Source: Phycisphaerae bacterium
Lineage (GTDB): Bacteria > Planctomycetota > Phycisphaerae > UBA1845 > Fen-1342
Reading direction: 5' to 3'
Length of the DNA stretch: 64,000 nt
Assembly (NCBI GenBank): GCA_963666925.2
Contig: CAXXTC010000006.1
Span: 1 to 64,000 of the forward strand
A program made the position numbers and the translations under genes. Below the pieces are notes generated by a model that was not told the origin of the DNA, did not search any database, and saw only the letters and a list, made by a program, of their open reading frames with translations. Positions 49,067-57,984 of the stretch are shown one piece after another. Each line of letters begins with the position of its first letter. Position 1 is the stretch's first letter.

Positions 49067-49870
49067 CTATCGGACCAGTTCTTTCCACAAGCGCCCAGCG
49101 TCACACAACGCGCGAACATCGTGCGTGCGCACGTACTCCGCCCCCTGCGACAGCGCCCACAATTCCGTCGCCAACGTGCCGGCACCACGCTGCGCCGGTG
49201 CCCGCGGCCCTTCCGGCCCACCAATCAACGCCCCGATAAACGACTTGCGCGAGGTCGATACGCATACCGGCAAACCGAGCTGCAACAACTCACGCAGCCC
49301 GCGCAACATCGCGACGCTGACCTGCGGATCCTGCCCCAGAAAGAACCCCATGCCGGGGTCAAGGATCAAGCGTTCGCGCGCCACGCCGACCCGCTCGAGC
49401 GTCTCGATCCGTTCGCGGAAGAAATTCACCACGCGGCTGACGATTCCCGCGGCCGACACTTCCCGCCGCTCGGCTCGGGCGTGCTGCGCCGTCGAGTGCA
49501 TCAGTATGACCGGGACGTTCGCGTCGCGCACCACCGCCACTGCCGCCGGATCTGCCAATGCCGTCACGTCATTGATCATATCGACGCCCAGTTCGAGCAT
49601 CGCGCCCATCACTTCAGGCTTGTACGTGTCGATCGACACGCGCAAGCCGTCCTGTTTGAGCGCCCCCGCCACGGGCGTCAGTCGGCGAACCTCCTCGGCC
49701 GCCGAAACATCCTCCGCATCCGGATGTGTCGATTCGGCCCCGAGGTCTATGAATGCGGCCCCGTCGGCCGCGAGCTGCCCCGCCTGCCGCACGGCGGCCT
49801 CGGGCGTGATGAACGCGCCGCCGTCGGAAAACGAGTCGCGTGTAACGTTAACGATCCCGAGAATCTGCAT
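49067..49870 (-). CDS. folP: Dihydropteroate synthase, Sul-like
   Basis: GIVNVTRDSFSDGG, SIDTY, INDV, LDPGMGFFLG, SRKSFIG, RTHDV. Confidence 0.93.
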   Translation of the reverse strand: MQILGIVNVTRDSFSDGGAFITPEAAVRQAGQLAADGAAFIDLGAESTHPDAEDVSAAEEVRRLTPVAGALKQDGLRVSIDTYKPEVMGAMLELGVDMINDVTALADPAAVAVVRDANVPVILMHSTAQHARAERREVSAAGIVSRVVNFFRERIETLERVGVARERLILDPGMGFFLGQDPQVSVAMLRGLRELLQLGLPVCVSTSRKSFIGALIGGPEGPRAPAQRGAGTLATELWALSQGAEYVRTHDVRALCDAGRLWKELVR

Positions 49871-49997
49871 CAGTCATTCTCCCTGTCGGATACATGTTTA
49901 CAACAATCGCCCCATTGGGGAAGATGCGCACTGGGGCGGGCCGCCATATTCCGCCATTGCGGAGCAAACAGGACCACTTGTATTCCCGGAGAACAAA

Positions 49998-50487
49998 ATG
50001 AACGCCAAGGACGTGCTCAAGAACCAGATCGAGACGGCTCAGATGATCACGCGCGGCTACATCGAAGACCTCCAGGACGAGGAATTGTTGGTGCGCACGG
50101 TGCCCAACGCCAACCACATCGCCTGGCAACTTGGCCACATGCTGGCCAGCGAGCACGACATGCTCGCCGCCCTCGGCCACCAGCCACCAGCCCTGCCGGA
50201 GGGCTTCGCCGCCGCCCACACGCCGGAGACCGCCACCAGCGATGATGCCAGCCGGTTTTTCCCACAGCGCGAGTATCTTCGTCTGCTGGACGAGATGAAG
50301 GACGCCTCACTGGCGGCGGTCGACAGCACCCCCCGACGCCGACCTGGATCAGCCCGCACCGGAAATCATGCAGTCCTACGCGCCGACGATCGGAGCCGCC
50401 CTGGCAATGCTCGGCCCGCATCGAGTCATGCACGCCGGCCAGTTCGTCCCAATCCGCCGCAAGCTCGGCAAGCAACCGCTGTTCTAA
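49998..50487 (+). CDS. DinB-family protein; apparent frameshift in C run at ~50330
   Basis: GGAGA RBS; NHIAWQLGH; shifted frame gives HRVMHAGQFVPIRRKLGKQPLF. Confidence 0.82.
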
Positions 50488-50579
50488 AACCGGGGTGTTC
50501 ACTACCCGGGGTCGCGCTGCCAGCAAGTTGGCCACGCCATACCCGCTCTATCTGCATGGAGAATTCAAACGGGGACGAA

Positions 50580-51743
50580 ATGGACGAAATAGACCCGGGC
50601 AGGCCACAACAGCCGAGCGAAGCCGACGTTCAGGCCCGACCGACCGCACAACTCTGCGCCAACTGCGGCACGGCCCTGCTCAACACAGATCCCGAGTCCC
50701 GCTGCCCAACCTGTGGCCTGCCCGTCACCGTCCAGCGTGATGTTGACGCTCCAGCCGCCCTGCTCGACTCAGCCGGCGTGGTCTGCGCCGATCTGTCCTG
50801 CCGCAAGTGCGCCTACAACCTTCGCGGCCTGCACCGGGACGGCCGCTGTCCCGAATGCGGGGCCGCGGTTGCACTATCCACCCAGCGCGACCTACTGTGT
50901 TTTGCCGAGCCGAACTACGTCCGCCGCCTCGCCCGAGGCAATACCTGGCTAGCCCGCGGCCTGACCGCCGTCATCGTCAGCGTGGCGCTGGTGATGCTGG
51001 CCATGATCCCGCTTGCGATAGGAGCAGCCTGGTTCCCTGACACCGAGCTGATTTTCATTGCGACATCGATCTCATTCGGCACCGCGATGATCCTGCTGCC
51101 GATCGGCCTGATCGTCGCACTCGTCGGCGTGTGGATAATCACCACGCCGCAACCCAGCGTCTTCGACCCCACCCGGCAGAGATCCGCCCGACGGATCCGC
51201 TGGCTGCTCCTGATCGGCTGCGGTGGGCTGGCGATCCCGTTCCTCCTGTCCACCCTGATCACTTTGATGCCACTCCGGGCCATAATCGACTTCGGATCCC
51301 TCGGCGCTACCGCTGCCGGCATCGTCGGCGTGGTAGCACTGATATCTCACGTACAAACCCTCGCCCAACGCATTCCCGATACCAAACTCTCAAAATCAGC
51401 CCGCAAGCTTCGCTACAGCATCTCCGGCGTGCTCTGGCTACTCTTCGTCTGCCACGCCATCAAGACCATTTACTTCTGGGGGTTCATGCTCTTCCCCGTC
51501 ACGCCAATCTCGCCGGCAGGCGGTAGTGCCCTCTGGCAGATGAACACCGGACAGGTTGTGCTTACATTCACTGGCTGTGGTTCCACCATTGGCGCGCTGC
51601 TCCTGATAGGAGCTTACGATCGCATGGCGCGCCTCCACCGCCAACTCACCAAGCCACTCCAGCAGCAGGCCCGGCTGGCCAAGAAGCACTGGGTGGACGT
51701 GCCACCTTCGGCCCATCCCAAACCCGCTGAGGAGACCGCCTGA
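50580..51743 (+). CDS. Zinc-ribbon multi-pass membrane protein
   Basis: CANC...CPTCG and CRKCAYNLRGL...CPECG ribbons followed by about six TM helices; start 50556 or 50580. Confidence 0.75.
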   Translation: MDEIDPGRPQQPSEADVQARPTAQLCANCGTALLNTDPESRCPTCGLPVTVQRDVDAPAALLDSAGVVCADLSCRKCAYNLRGLHRDGRCPECGAAVALSTQRDLLCFAEPNYVRRLARGNTWLARGLTAVIVSVALVMLAMIPLAIGAAWFPDTELIFIATSISFGTAMILLPIGLIVALVGVWIITTPQPSVFDPTRQRSARRIRWLLLIGCGGLAIPFLLSTLITLMPLRAIIDFGSLGATAAGIVGVVALISHVQTLAQRIPDTKLSKSARKLRYSISGVLWLLFVCHAIKTIYFWGFMLFPVTPISPAGGSALWQMNTGQVVLTFTGCGSTIGALLLIGAYDRMARLHRQLTKPLQQQARLAKKHWVDVPPSAHPKPAEETA

Positions 51744-51810
51744 ACCGCTCCCGATAACTACTGAGAACTCGCCGCCCAACCTCACCCCTCCCCGCCGGTC
51801 GTCCGATTCT

Positions 51811-54666
51811 ATGTACATGCTCCGCCCATGCCGCGCCAAAATGCTGCCCGCTCGCCTCCTAGCGGCTATAACCACAATAACCACAATAACTTGCGCAGCA
51901 ATCGCCCTCCCACAGGACGGCGACACCACTGAGCGCGTCACCACCTACCGCAAGGTTCACCTATTCGATTTCGCCGAACGCGACCTGGGCAATTTCGAAG
52001 ATACGCCGATGCACTGGGTGCCTTTCTCAGGCCCCGGGCTGCCTCCCTATTCCACGGGGCGATTCGACAACGAGGCCGGTTACGAGGCTCCGCCGTCGTT
52101 TCATTATCACATCCGGGGTGGGAGCATCGGCTTCGAGTACGCCCGTGATGATCTCGCAATATCACCTGAGTCCGACTACCTCGTCGAGGGCTACATCCGC
52201 TGCCAGGGGCTCGAATTCGCTCGGGCATTCATCGTTTGCTACCTGGTTGATCAACTCGGCGACCCGATCCCCCGTAGCGAAGCGGTCAGTCCCTTCGTCA
52301 ACGGCACCAGCGACCCACCAGACGATTGGCAACGCGTCACGATCGAGGTGCCGGTCGACAACCCCCTGGCCTATGCCATGCGGCTCCAGCTCTGGGTGCT
52401 ACAGGACTACGCCTGGCAGGAACCCGACGCCAACGTCCCCGACCCGATCATCCGGCAGGACGTTAATGCGCACGTCTGGTTCGACGACATCGCGATCTAC
52501 CGCATGCCCCGCGTGCGACTGGCGATCTCCAACCCGGGCGGCGTAGTCGCACCGGAGACGGCCGAGCATCTCACCGTCGCAGTCCACAACGCAACGCTAG
52601 CCCACGTCGACATTGAGCTCAGCGTCACCGACGTGCATGGCGTAAAACGCTTCAGCGAGATTCAGGCCGTCGATCCACTCGCCACGCGGCGTTTCGAAAC
52701 CCCCGTGCCCAACCTGCCACCCGGCCACTACGAAGCCCACGCCCGCCTCGGCACCAATGTCGACACGCTCGTCGAACGCACCATCCAGTTCGACATCCTG
52801 CCCGAAATCATCCAGCTCGACACTCGCTGCGAAGACATCGGCATCGATCTCGGACGCTGGGCCGGCGGAAGCGTTGACGGAGTCATCGAACTCGTTGACG
52901 AGCTCGGTTGCGGCGCTGCCCGCCTGGGTGTCGCCATGATCGGTGCCCCCCGGGACTACCGTGAAACTCACTACCTCGAACAGATCCGCGACCTGGTCCA
53001 TCTGCTCGCGATAAACCGCGTCGAAACCACCGGCATCATTCTGCAACCCGGTGCAATCGACACCAACACCACGGTCGCGTCAACCTACAGCCTGCTCACC
53101 GGCGATCGCCCCTGGGACAGCTACGTCGGTCCCGTGTTTGCCTACCTGGGCGACCTGCTGTTCTCCTGGCAACTCGGCGAAGAAGCCATCGAGCTGCACT
53201 TCCCGGACACGTGGTCGGCCGACGCCATCCGCAGTGTCCGTAGCCAGCTCGAACGCTTCATCGCCGTCCCCCAGCTCGTCGTCCCACGCTCCGTGCTCGA
53301 CACCACACAGACCAGGCTGCTCCCCGAGTTCGCGCTCGCGCGCGATCCTTCGACCACCGAACAAGCGCCGCCCACAGACGACGCCGGCCCGGACACCGAT
53401 ACCGACGACCAAACTCCCTCCGCGACCGCTTCGCAGCGCCCGCACGCCTATTCGTTTCACCTCCCCGGCTCGATTCCGGCCCAGGCCTTCCCCTGGCATC
53501 TGGCTTTCTGGTTCGAGAACAGCACCGACCGTGCCTTTGAAGGACTCCGACCTGACCAAACCCGGTCGGAAAAACGCGGGCCGGCCCACTGGATCACGCT
53601 CGGTATCCCGAACGACCTCCAGCTCACCACTACGGATCAAATCGCCGACCTCGCCCGACGAGTCATCCTCGCCAAGGCCGTCAACCCGGATCGACTCTAC
53701 GTGCCGGCACCATTCGCTCTTTCCGGCCGCGGTGGCGAGTTGAGCTGGCAACCGACGGCGGAGTTCATCCCGCTTCGCACGCTGTTCCACTACCTCTCCG
53801 GACGCCGGGCTATCGCCGCTCTTCAGCTCGACGACCAGTCCGTGGCCCTGCTGTTCCGCGGCACCGACCATAGCTGCCTGGTATTGTGGACCTGGCGTCT
53901 GGACCATGACGACGTCGCCGCCGACCTCTATGTCGGCGCCAGCGCCTACGCGATCGATCTGTCCGGAGAACGTCTCCAGCTGGAGCGAAACGGGCTGCAA
54001 GCGCACATCCCGCTCTCGAACGTGCCGTTGATCATCGAAGACGTCGACGCCCCTCTGCTACTGCTTCAGGACAGTTTCGTAATCGAGCCCGCGTCCATTC
54101 AACTGCATGAGCCCGACCTGCGTCCCACGATGAGGCTGCGCAATTTCTATCCCCAGGAGTTGACCGGCACTGCCGAGCTGCGCCCGCCGCCCAGTTGGCA
54201 GGTCACGCCCAACCCGACCCAGGTCCACCTCCGGCCCGGAGAAGCGTTGGAACAGCCGCTGAACTTCGCCATGCCGCCGCGACAAATCGCCAGCGCGCAA
54301 ATCGTCGCGGTGGACTTCCATCTCGTGCGACCCAAGCTGGTCGATCTGCACTTTGAAGTCCCGATCAGCATCGAGCTGCGTGACATCGTGGTGACGGCCA
54401 GTGCCTGGTGGGACAACGACGATCTCGTTGTCGAGCAGGTCGTTCAGAGCATGGCGCCCCAGGCGGTAAGCTTTACGGCCTTCTGCCAGGCGCCGGATCG
54501 GGCCCTCCAGGAGGGGGTATTCCTCGAAGTCGCACCCGGCGACACGCGTGTCCAAACCTACCGGTTCAGGAATTCGCGTGACCTGGCCGGTGCCGAGCTC
54601 TGGCTCGGCATCCAGGAGATCGACGGCCGCCGAGCACTCGACCAACTTGTCGACGTACCGCGATAA
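51811..54666 (+). CDS. Large secreted protein: CBM-like jelly roll, Ig-like, degenerate glycoside-hydrolase-like barrel, beta-sandwich domains
   Basis: Signal-like N-terminus; LFDF...VWFDDI; WQLGEE; PPPSWQVTP; function inferred only. Confidence 0.6.
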   Translation: MYMLRPCRAKMLPARLLAAITTITTITCAAIALPQDGDTTERVTTYRKVHLFDFAERDLGNFEDTPMHWVPFSGPGLPPYSTGRFDNEAGYEAPPSFHYHIRGGSIGFEYARDDLAISPESDYLVEGYIRCQGLEFARAFIVCYLVDQLGDPIPRSEAVSPFVNGTSDPPDDWQRVTIEVPVDNPLAYAMRLQLWVLQDYAWQEPDANVPDPIIRQDVNAHVWFDDIAIYRMPRVRLAISNPGGVVAPETAEHLTVAVHNATLAHVDIELSVTDVHGVKRFSEIQAVDPLATRRFETPVPNLPPGHYEAHARLGTNVDTLVERTIQFDILPEIIQLDTRCEDIGIDLGRWAGGSVDGVIELVDELGCGAARLGVAMIGAPRDYRETHYLEQIRDLVHLLAINRVETTGIILQPGAIDTNTTVASTYSLLTGDRPWDSYVGPVFAYLGDLLFSWQLGEEAIELHFPDTWSADAIRSVRSQLERFIAVPQLVVPRSVLDTTQTRLLPEFALARDPSTTEQAPPTDDAGPDTDTDDQTPSATASQRPHAYSFHLPGSIPAQAFPWHLAFWFENSTDRAFEGLRPDQTRSEKRGPAHWITLGIPNDLQLTTTDQIADLARRVILAKAVNPDRLYVPAPFALSGRGGELSWQPTAEFIPLRTLFHYLSGRRAIAALQLDDQSVALLFRGTDHSCLVLWTWRLDHDDVAADLYVGASAYAIDLSGERLQLERNGLQAHIPLSNVPLIIEDVDAPLLLLQDSFVIEPASIQLHEPDLRPTMRLRNFYPQELTGTAELRPPPSWQVTPNPTQVHLRPGEALEQPLNFAMPPRQIASAQIVAVDFHLVRPKLVDLHFEVPISIELRDIVVTASAWWDNDDLVVEQVVQSMAPQAVSFTAFCQAPDRALQEGVFLEVAPGDTRVQTYRFRNSRDLAGAELWLGIQEIDGRRALDQLVDVPR

Positions 54667-54737
54667 CGTCATAATTCAGAATAAGATAAGGAATGCGACC
54701 GCACGCCCGCGAAGGACGTGCCGGAGAGTGTGTATAG

Positions 54738-55997
54738 ATGACCGATCGTCAGCCCGACGAGCAGTTGCCCGCATCGAATCAGCCCCCGCAGGCCGCAACG
54801 CCGGCGCCCCGCAGCGGACGCCGACCGCCGGCCATCGTGCGCTATGGTGCGATGAACTGGATCGGCGAATTCGCCTGCAAGCCAAGGCAGGAGCTGACCC
54901 GCGGGGCCCGCGTCGTAATAGAAACCGACCGCGGCATAGAGCTGGGTGAGCTGATCGGTCCTGCCAGCGACGAGGTGCTATCGCGCGAGGATTTTCAGGA
55001 TCGCGTGCGCGCCTACACGGACAACAGCGGCAACGAATTCTGCCGCCCGCGTGCCGGGCGACTGTTGCGCACCGCCACCACACAGGACCTCGACGAACAG
55101 CGCCACCTCGACGCCCACGCCCCCGAGGACATCAACTACTGTGCCCAGTTGGCCACCGAATTCGGCCTGGACATGAAAATCATCACCGCCGAGTACCTGC
55201 TGGGCGGCGAACGCATCGTTTTCTACTTTGGCGCACCGGCCCGCGTTGATTTCCGCCAGCTCGTCCGCCAACTCGCCCAGCGCTATCGCACACGCATCGA
55301 GATGCGTCAGGTCGGGGCACGCGACGAAGCCCGGCTGGTCGCCGACTACGAAGTCTGCGGGCGCGAGTGCTGCTGCCGCAACTTCCTCAAGAAGCTCCGC
55401 CCGGTCAACATGAAGATGGCCAAGCTTCAGAAGTCGACGCTCGACCCGAGCAAGGTCTCCGGCCGGTGCGGACGGCTGCGCTGCTGTCTGCGTTACGAGC
55501 ATCTCGGCTACGAGGAACTGGCCGACCGCCTGCCGCGTAGCGGCCGCCGGGTCGAGACCGAATTCGGCGCCGGCACCGTGATCGACCAGCAAGTGCTCAC
55601 GCAACTAGTAACGGTGCGTACCGATGCCGAGCGCATCGTTGTGGTCCCGCTGGAAGAGATCAAAGCCTTTGACGTGCCCTTCCCGACCAAAGAGGAGCAA
55701 CCTCCCGCGCGTCAGGCCGCCCCCGAGACTGAAACCGACGAGTCTGCCTCGTCACCGCGGCGCCGATCGCGGCGCAGCCGCGGCCGACGTGGTCGCGGCG
55801 AGGGCGACCAGCGCAACCAGCGCGAAGATACCCCGACCACTGGCGACGCGACACAGCCACCTGATGCAGGGCAACGGCCCGCGAGCACCAGCGCTTCCGA
55901 CGGCGGCGGCGAAGAGGGCGGCAAGAAACGACGACGACGCAAACGCAAACCACGACGACGACCTCCCGACCAGGCCGCCAGCAACGATTCGAACTGA
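54738..55997 (+). CDS. ricT: PSP1/RicT (YaaT) family Fe-S protein with Arg-rich disordered tail
   Basis: VIETDRGIELG, RVDFRQLV, RIEMRQVGARDEA, CGRECCC, KVSGRCGRLRCCLRYE. Confidence 0.9.
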   Translation: MTDRQPDEQLPASNQPPQAATPAPRSGRRPPAIVRYGAMNWIGEFACKPRQELTRGARVVIETDRGIELGELIGPASDEVLSREDFQDRVRAYTDNSGNEFCRPRAGRLLRTATTQDLDEQRHLDAHAPEDINYCAQLATEFGLDMKIITAEYLLGGERIVFYFGAPARVDFRQLVRQLAQRYRTRIEMRQVGARDEARLVADYEVCGRECCCRNFLKKLRPVNMKMAKLQKSTLDPSKVSGRCGRLRCCLRYEHLGYEELADRLPRSGRRVETEFGAGTVIDQQVLTQLVTVRTDAERIVVVPLEEIKAFDVPFPTKEEQPPARQAAPETETDESASSPRRRSRRSRGRRGRGEGDQRNQREDTPTTGDATQPPDAGQRPASTSASDGGGEEGGKKRRRRKRKPRRRPPDQAASNDSN

Positions 55998-56043
55998 TTG
56001 CGGGCCGCTCCAGCGTGCCGGCCACGCCCCCGAGAAAACCAGT

Positions 56044-56445
56044 ATGGACGCCGACCTGCTGCAACGATTCGAGCAAGCCATTCGCGACGACGGGCGCTAC
56101 CCGCCGGCCGCCTACGAGTTTCTCCAGGCCGGCCTCGAACTCGCCACCAAGCGACGCCATGGCGACACGCCCCCAGGAACGCCACGCCACGTCACCGGCG
56201 GCGACCTGTGCGAAGCCCTGCGCATCCTCGCCCTGCGCACCTGGGGACCACTCGCGCTGGAGGTCCTGCGCCGCTGGAACATCCGTGCCACGCGTGACTT
56301 CGGCGAAATGGTCTATCTCATGATCGACATCGGCCTGATGGGCAAACAGGAAGACGACCAGCTCAGCGACTTCGACCGCGTCTACGAATTCAAGGACGCC
56401 TTCGGAGATTACGAAATCGGGCAATTCCCCACGCAAGACGAATGA
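56044..56445 (+). CDS. Minf_1886-like conserved PVC protein
   Basis: DGRYPPAAYEF, RHVTGGDLC, WGPLA..VL..WNI..TRDFGEMVY, DQLSDF. Confidence 0.8.
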   Translation: MDADLLQRFEQAIRDDGRYPPAAYEFLQAGLELATKRRHGDTPPGTPRHVTGGDLCEALRILALRTWGPLALEVLRRWNIRATRDFGEMVYLMIDIGLMGKQEDDQLSDFDRVYEFKDAFGDYEIGQFPTQDE

Positions 56446-56467
56446 CCCTTTGGGGGGACCAGACCGC

Positions 56468-57664
56468 ATGCGAGACTACATTCCCAACATTTCCGAGCCG
56501 ACTCGCCGGTGGATTCGTTTTCTGGCCCTGCTCGCCGCCCTGGCGCTGCTCTGCTGGATCGCCTACGCACTCCGCTCGGTTTTCACGCCGGTAATCGCCG
56601 GCCTGGTGATCGCCTACATCCTCAATCCGCTCGTCACCTGGCTCGAACACCGCTGCCACATCGCCCGCCTGCACACCGTCGTCGTCGTTTTCGCCCTCCT
56701 GGTGGCGTTGCTCGCGGTCGGCGGAGCCTACATCACCAGCCACGCGCTGGCCCAGATCCACCTCTTCCAGGCCAACTTCCCCGGCTACGTCGAGGACGTC
56801 GGCGCGTGGATCAGCAAATATCAGAGCCGAACGACCAGCGCGGCCACTACTCTGCCCACCGCCCTGCACGACAACTGGTGGGCCCAACTCGCCCCCTTGC
56901 TCAAGGAGCACGGCGTGGCCGTGGCGCGCTCCGCCGCCAACACCGCCAGCGGCTTTTTGATGAACTTCGTGAACGTGATCTCCCTGATCGTGCTCGTGCC
57001 GCTGTTCACGTTCTTCTTCCTCTGGCGATTCAATGACATGATCGCTGCCGTTCGCGACCATCTCCCGGCACACTACCGCGACAACATCATCCACGTCGTC
57101 GGCACCATCGACGGCGCCATATCGAACTTCTTCCGCGGCCGGATCATCGTCTGCGCCATCGTCGGCCTGCTCACCGCCATCGGCTGGTCGCTGATCGGCG
57201 TGCCCTACGCCCTGGTGCTCGGGCTGATCGCCGGCACGCTGAACCTGGTTCCGTTCATGTCCATGCTGGCGCTGCCGCCGGCCCTGTTCTTCGCCTACAT
57301 CGGCGCTGCCGACGCGGGCACCGCCTGGGCCCTGCCGGTGTGCCTGACAATGGGCGTCTATATGCTCGTCCAGACGCTCGAGTCTTTCCTGCTCAGCCCC
57401 GCCATCGAGGGGCGCTCGTCCGGGCTCCACCCGCTCGCCATCGTCATCGCCATCATGATCGGGGCCGAGTTAGCCGGGCTGCTCGGCATGTTGCTCGCCA
57501 TCCCCGTCGCCAGTACCCTCAAGACCTTCGCGGCCGAACTGGTGCTGCCCGAGCTACGCCGGCTGGCCAAGCCGGCCACCGCCGACCTGCCGCAATCGGC
57601 ACCACCACCGGCCAACGACGCGCCGCCGACCGAACCAGAGCAGGACAAGGACGCTTCAGCATGA
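56468..57664 (+). CDS. AI-2E (PerM) family transporter
   Basis: IAYILNPLV, FFRGR, LNLVPF, ESFLLSP, LHPL, GMLLAIP. Confidence 0.92.
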   Translation: MRDYIPNISEPTRRWIRFLALLAALALLCWIAYALRSVFTPVIAGLVIAYILNPLVTWLEHRCHIARLHTVVVVFALLVALLAVGGAYITSHALAQIHLFQANFPGYVEDVGAWISKYQSRTTSAATTLPTALHDNWWAQLAPLLKEHGVAVARSAANTASGFLMNFVNVISLIVLVPLFTFFFLWRFNDMIAAVRDHLPAHYRDNIIHVVGTIDGAISNFFRGRIIVCAIVGLLTAIGWSLIGVPYALVLGLIAGTLNLVPFMSMLALPPALFFAYIGAADAGTAWALPVCLTMGVYMLVQTLESFLLSPAIEGRSSGLHPLAIVIAIMIGAELAGLLGMLLAIPVASTLKTFAAELVLPELRRLAKPATADLPQSAPPPANDAPPTEPEQDKDASA

Positions 57665-57810
57665 CCAACCCGCAGCACCATCAAGCGCCGGATCGCCCCT
57701 TCGGGTCCGACCCCCAGCGCCCCGCCTGGCCGCTAATACTTTACGGCCTACTGGTCGCCGCCTGCGTGGTGTTCCTCTTCCTGATGGCCCTGCTGTATTC
57801 CGGCCGCTAG
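57661..57810 (+). CDS. Small single-TM protein (49 aa)
   Basis: ATGA overlap with the upstream stop; MTNPQHHQAPDRPFGSDPQRPAWPLILYGLLVAACVVFLFLMALLYSGR. Confidence 0.55.
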   Translation: MTNPQHHQAPDRPFGSDPQRPAWPLILYGLLVAACVVFLFLMALLYSGR

Positions 57811-57832
57811 CGCTGTTTGCATCTTATGAGAG

Positions 57833-57904
57833 GTGGGGCGGGCGTCTCGCCCGCCGTCTTCGTTCGGCAACCGAGGCATGGCGGGCGAGACGCCCGCTCC
57901 ACTT
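57833..57904. repeat. REPIN-like doublet, family A (best-preserved copy)
   Basis: GTGGGGCGGGCGTCTCGCCCGCC-spacer-GGCGGGCGAGACGCCCGCTCCAC. Confidence 0.8.
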
Positions 57905-57984
57905 GTGATGTGGAACTTATGAGAAGGTACATTAGGGTCGACGTTGCCCACGCCTCGCACCGCGTTTGAAGGAGTCTGGACGCC

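Noticed and set aside
48983..49997. Mobile resistance cassette around the Sul-like gene
   Set aside because: No integrase, IS, attC or qacE; neighbours are ordinary chromosomal genes
48693..51743. 1016-aa ORF as a single fusion protein
   Set aside because: Artefact joining dapA/folP antisense sequence, a frameshifted DinB gene and a separate zinc-ribbon membrane gene
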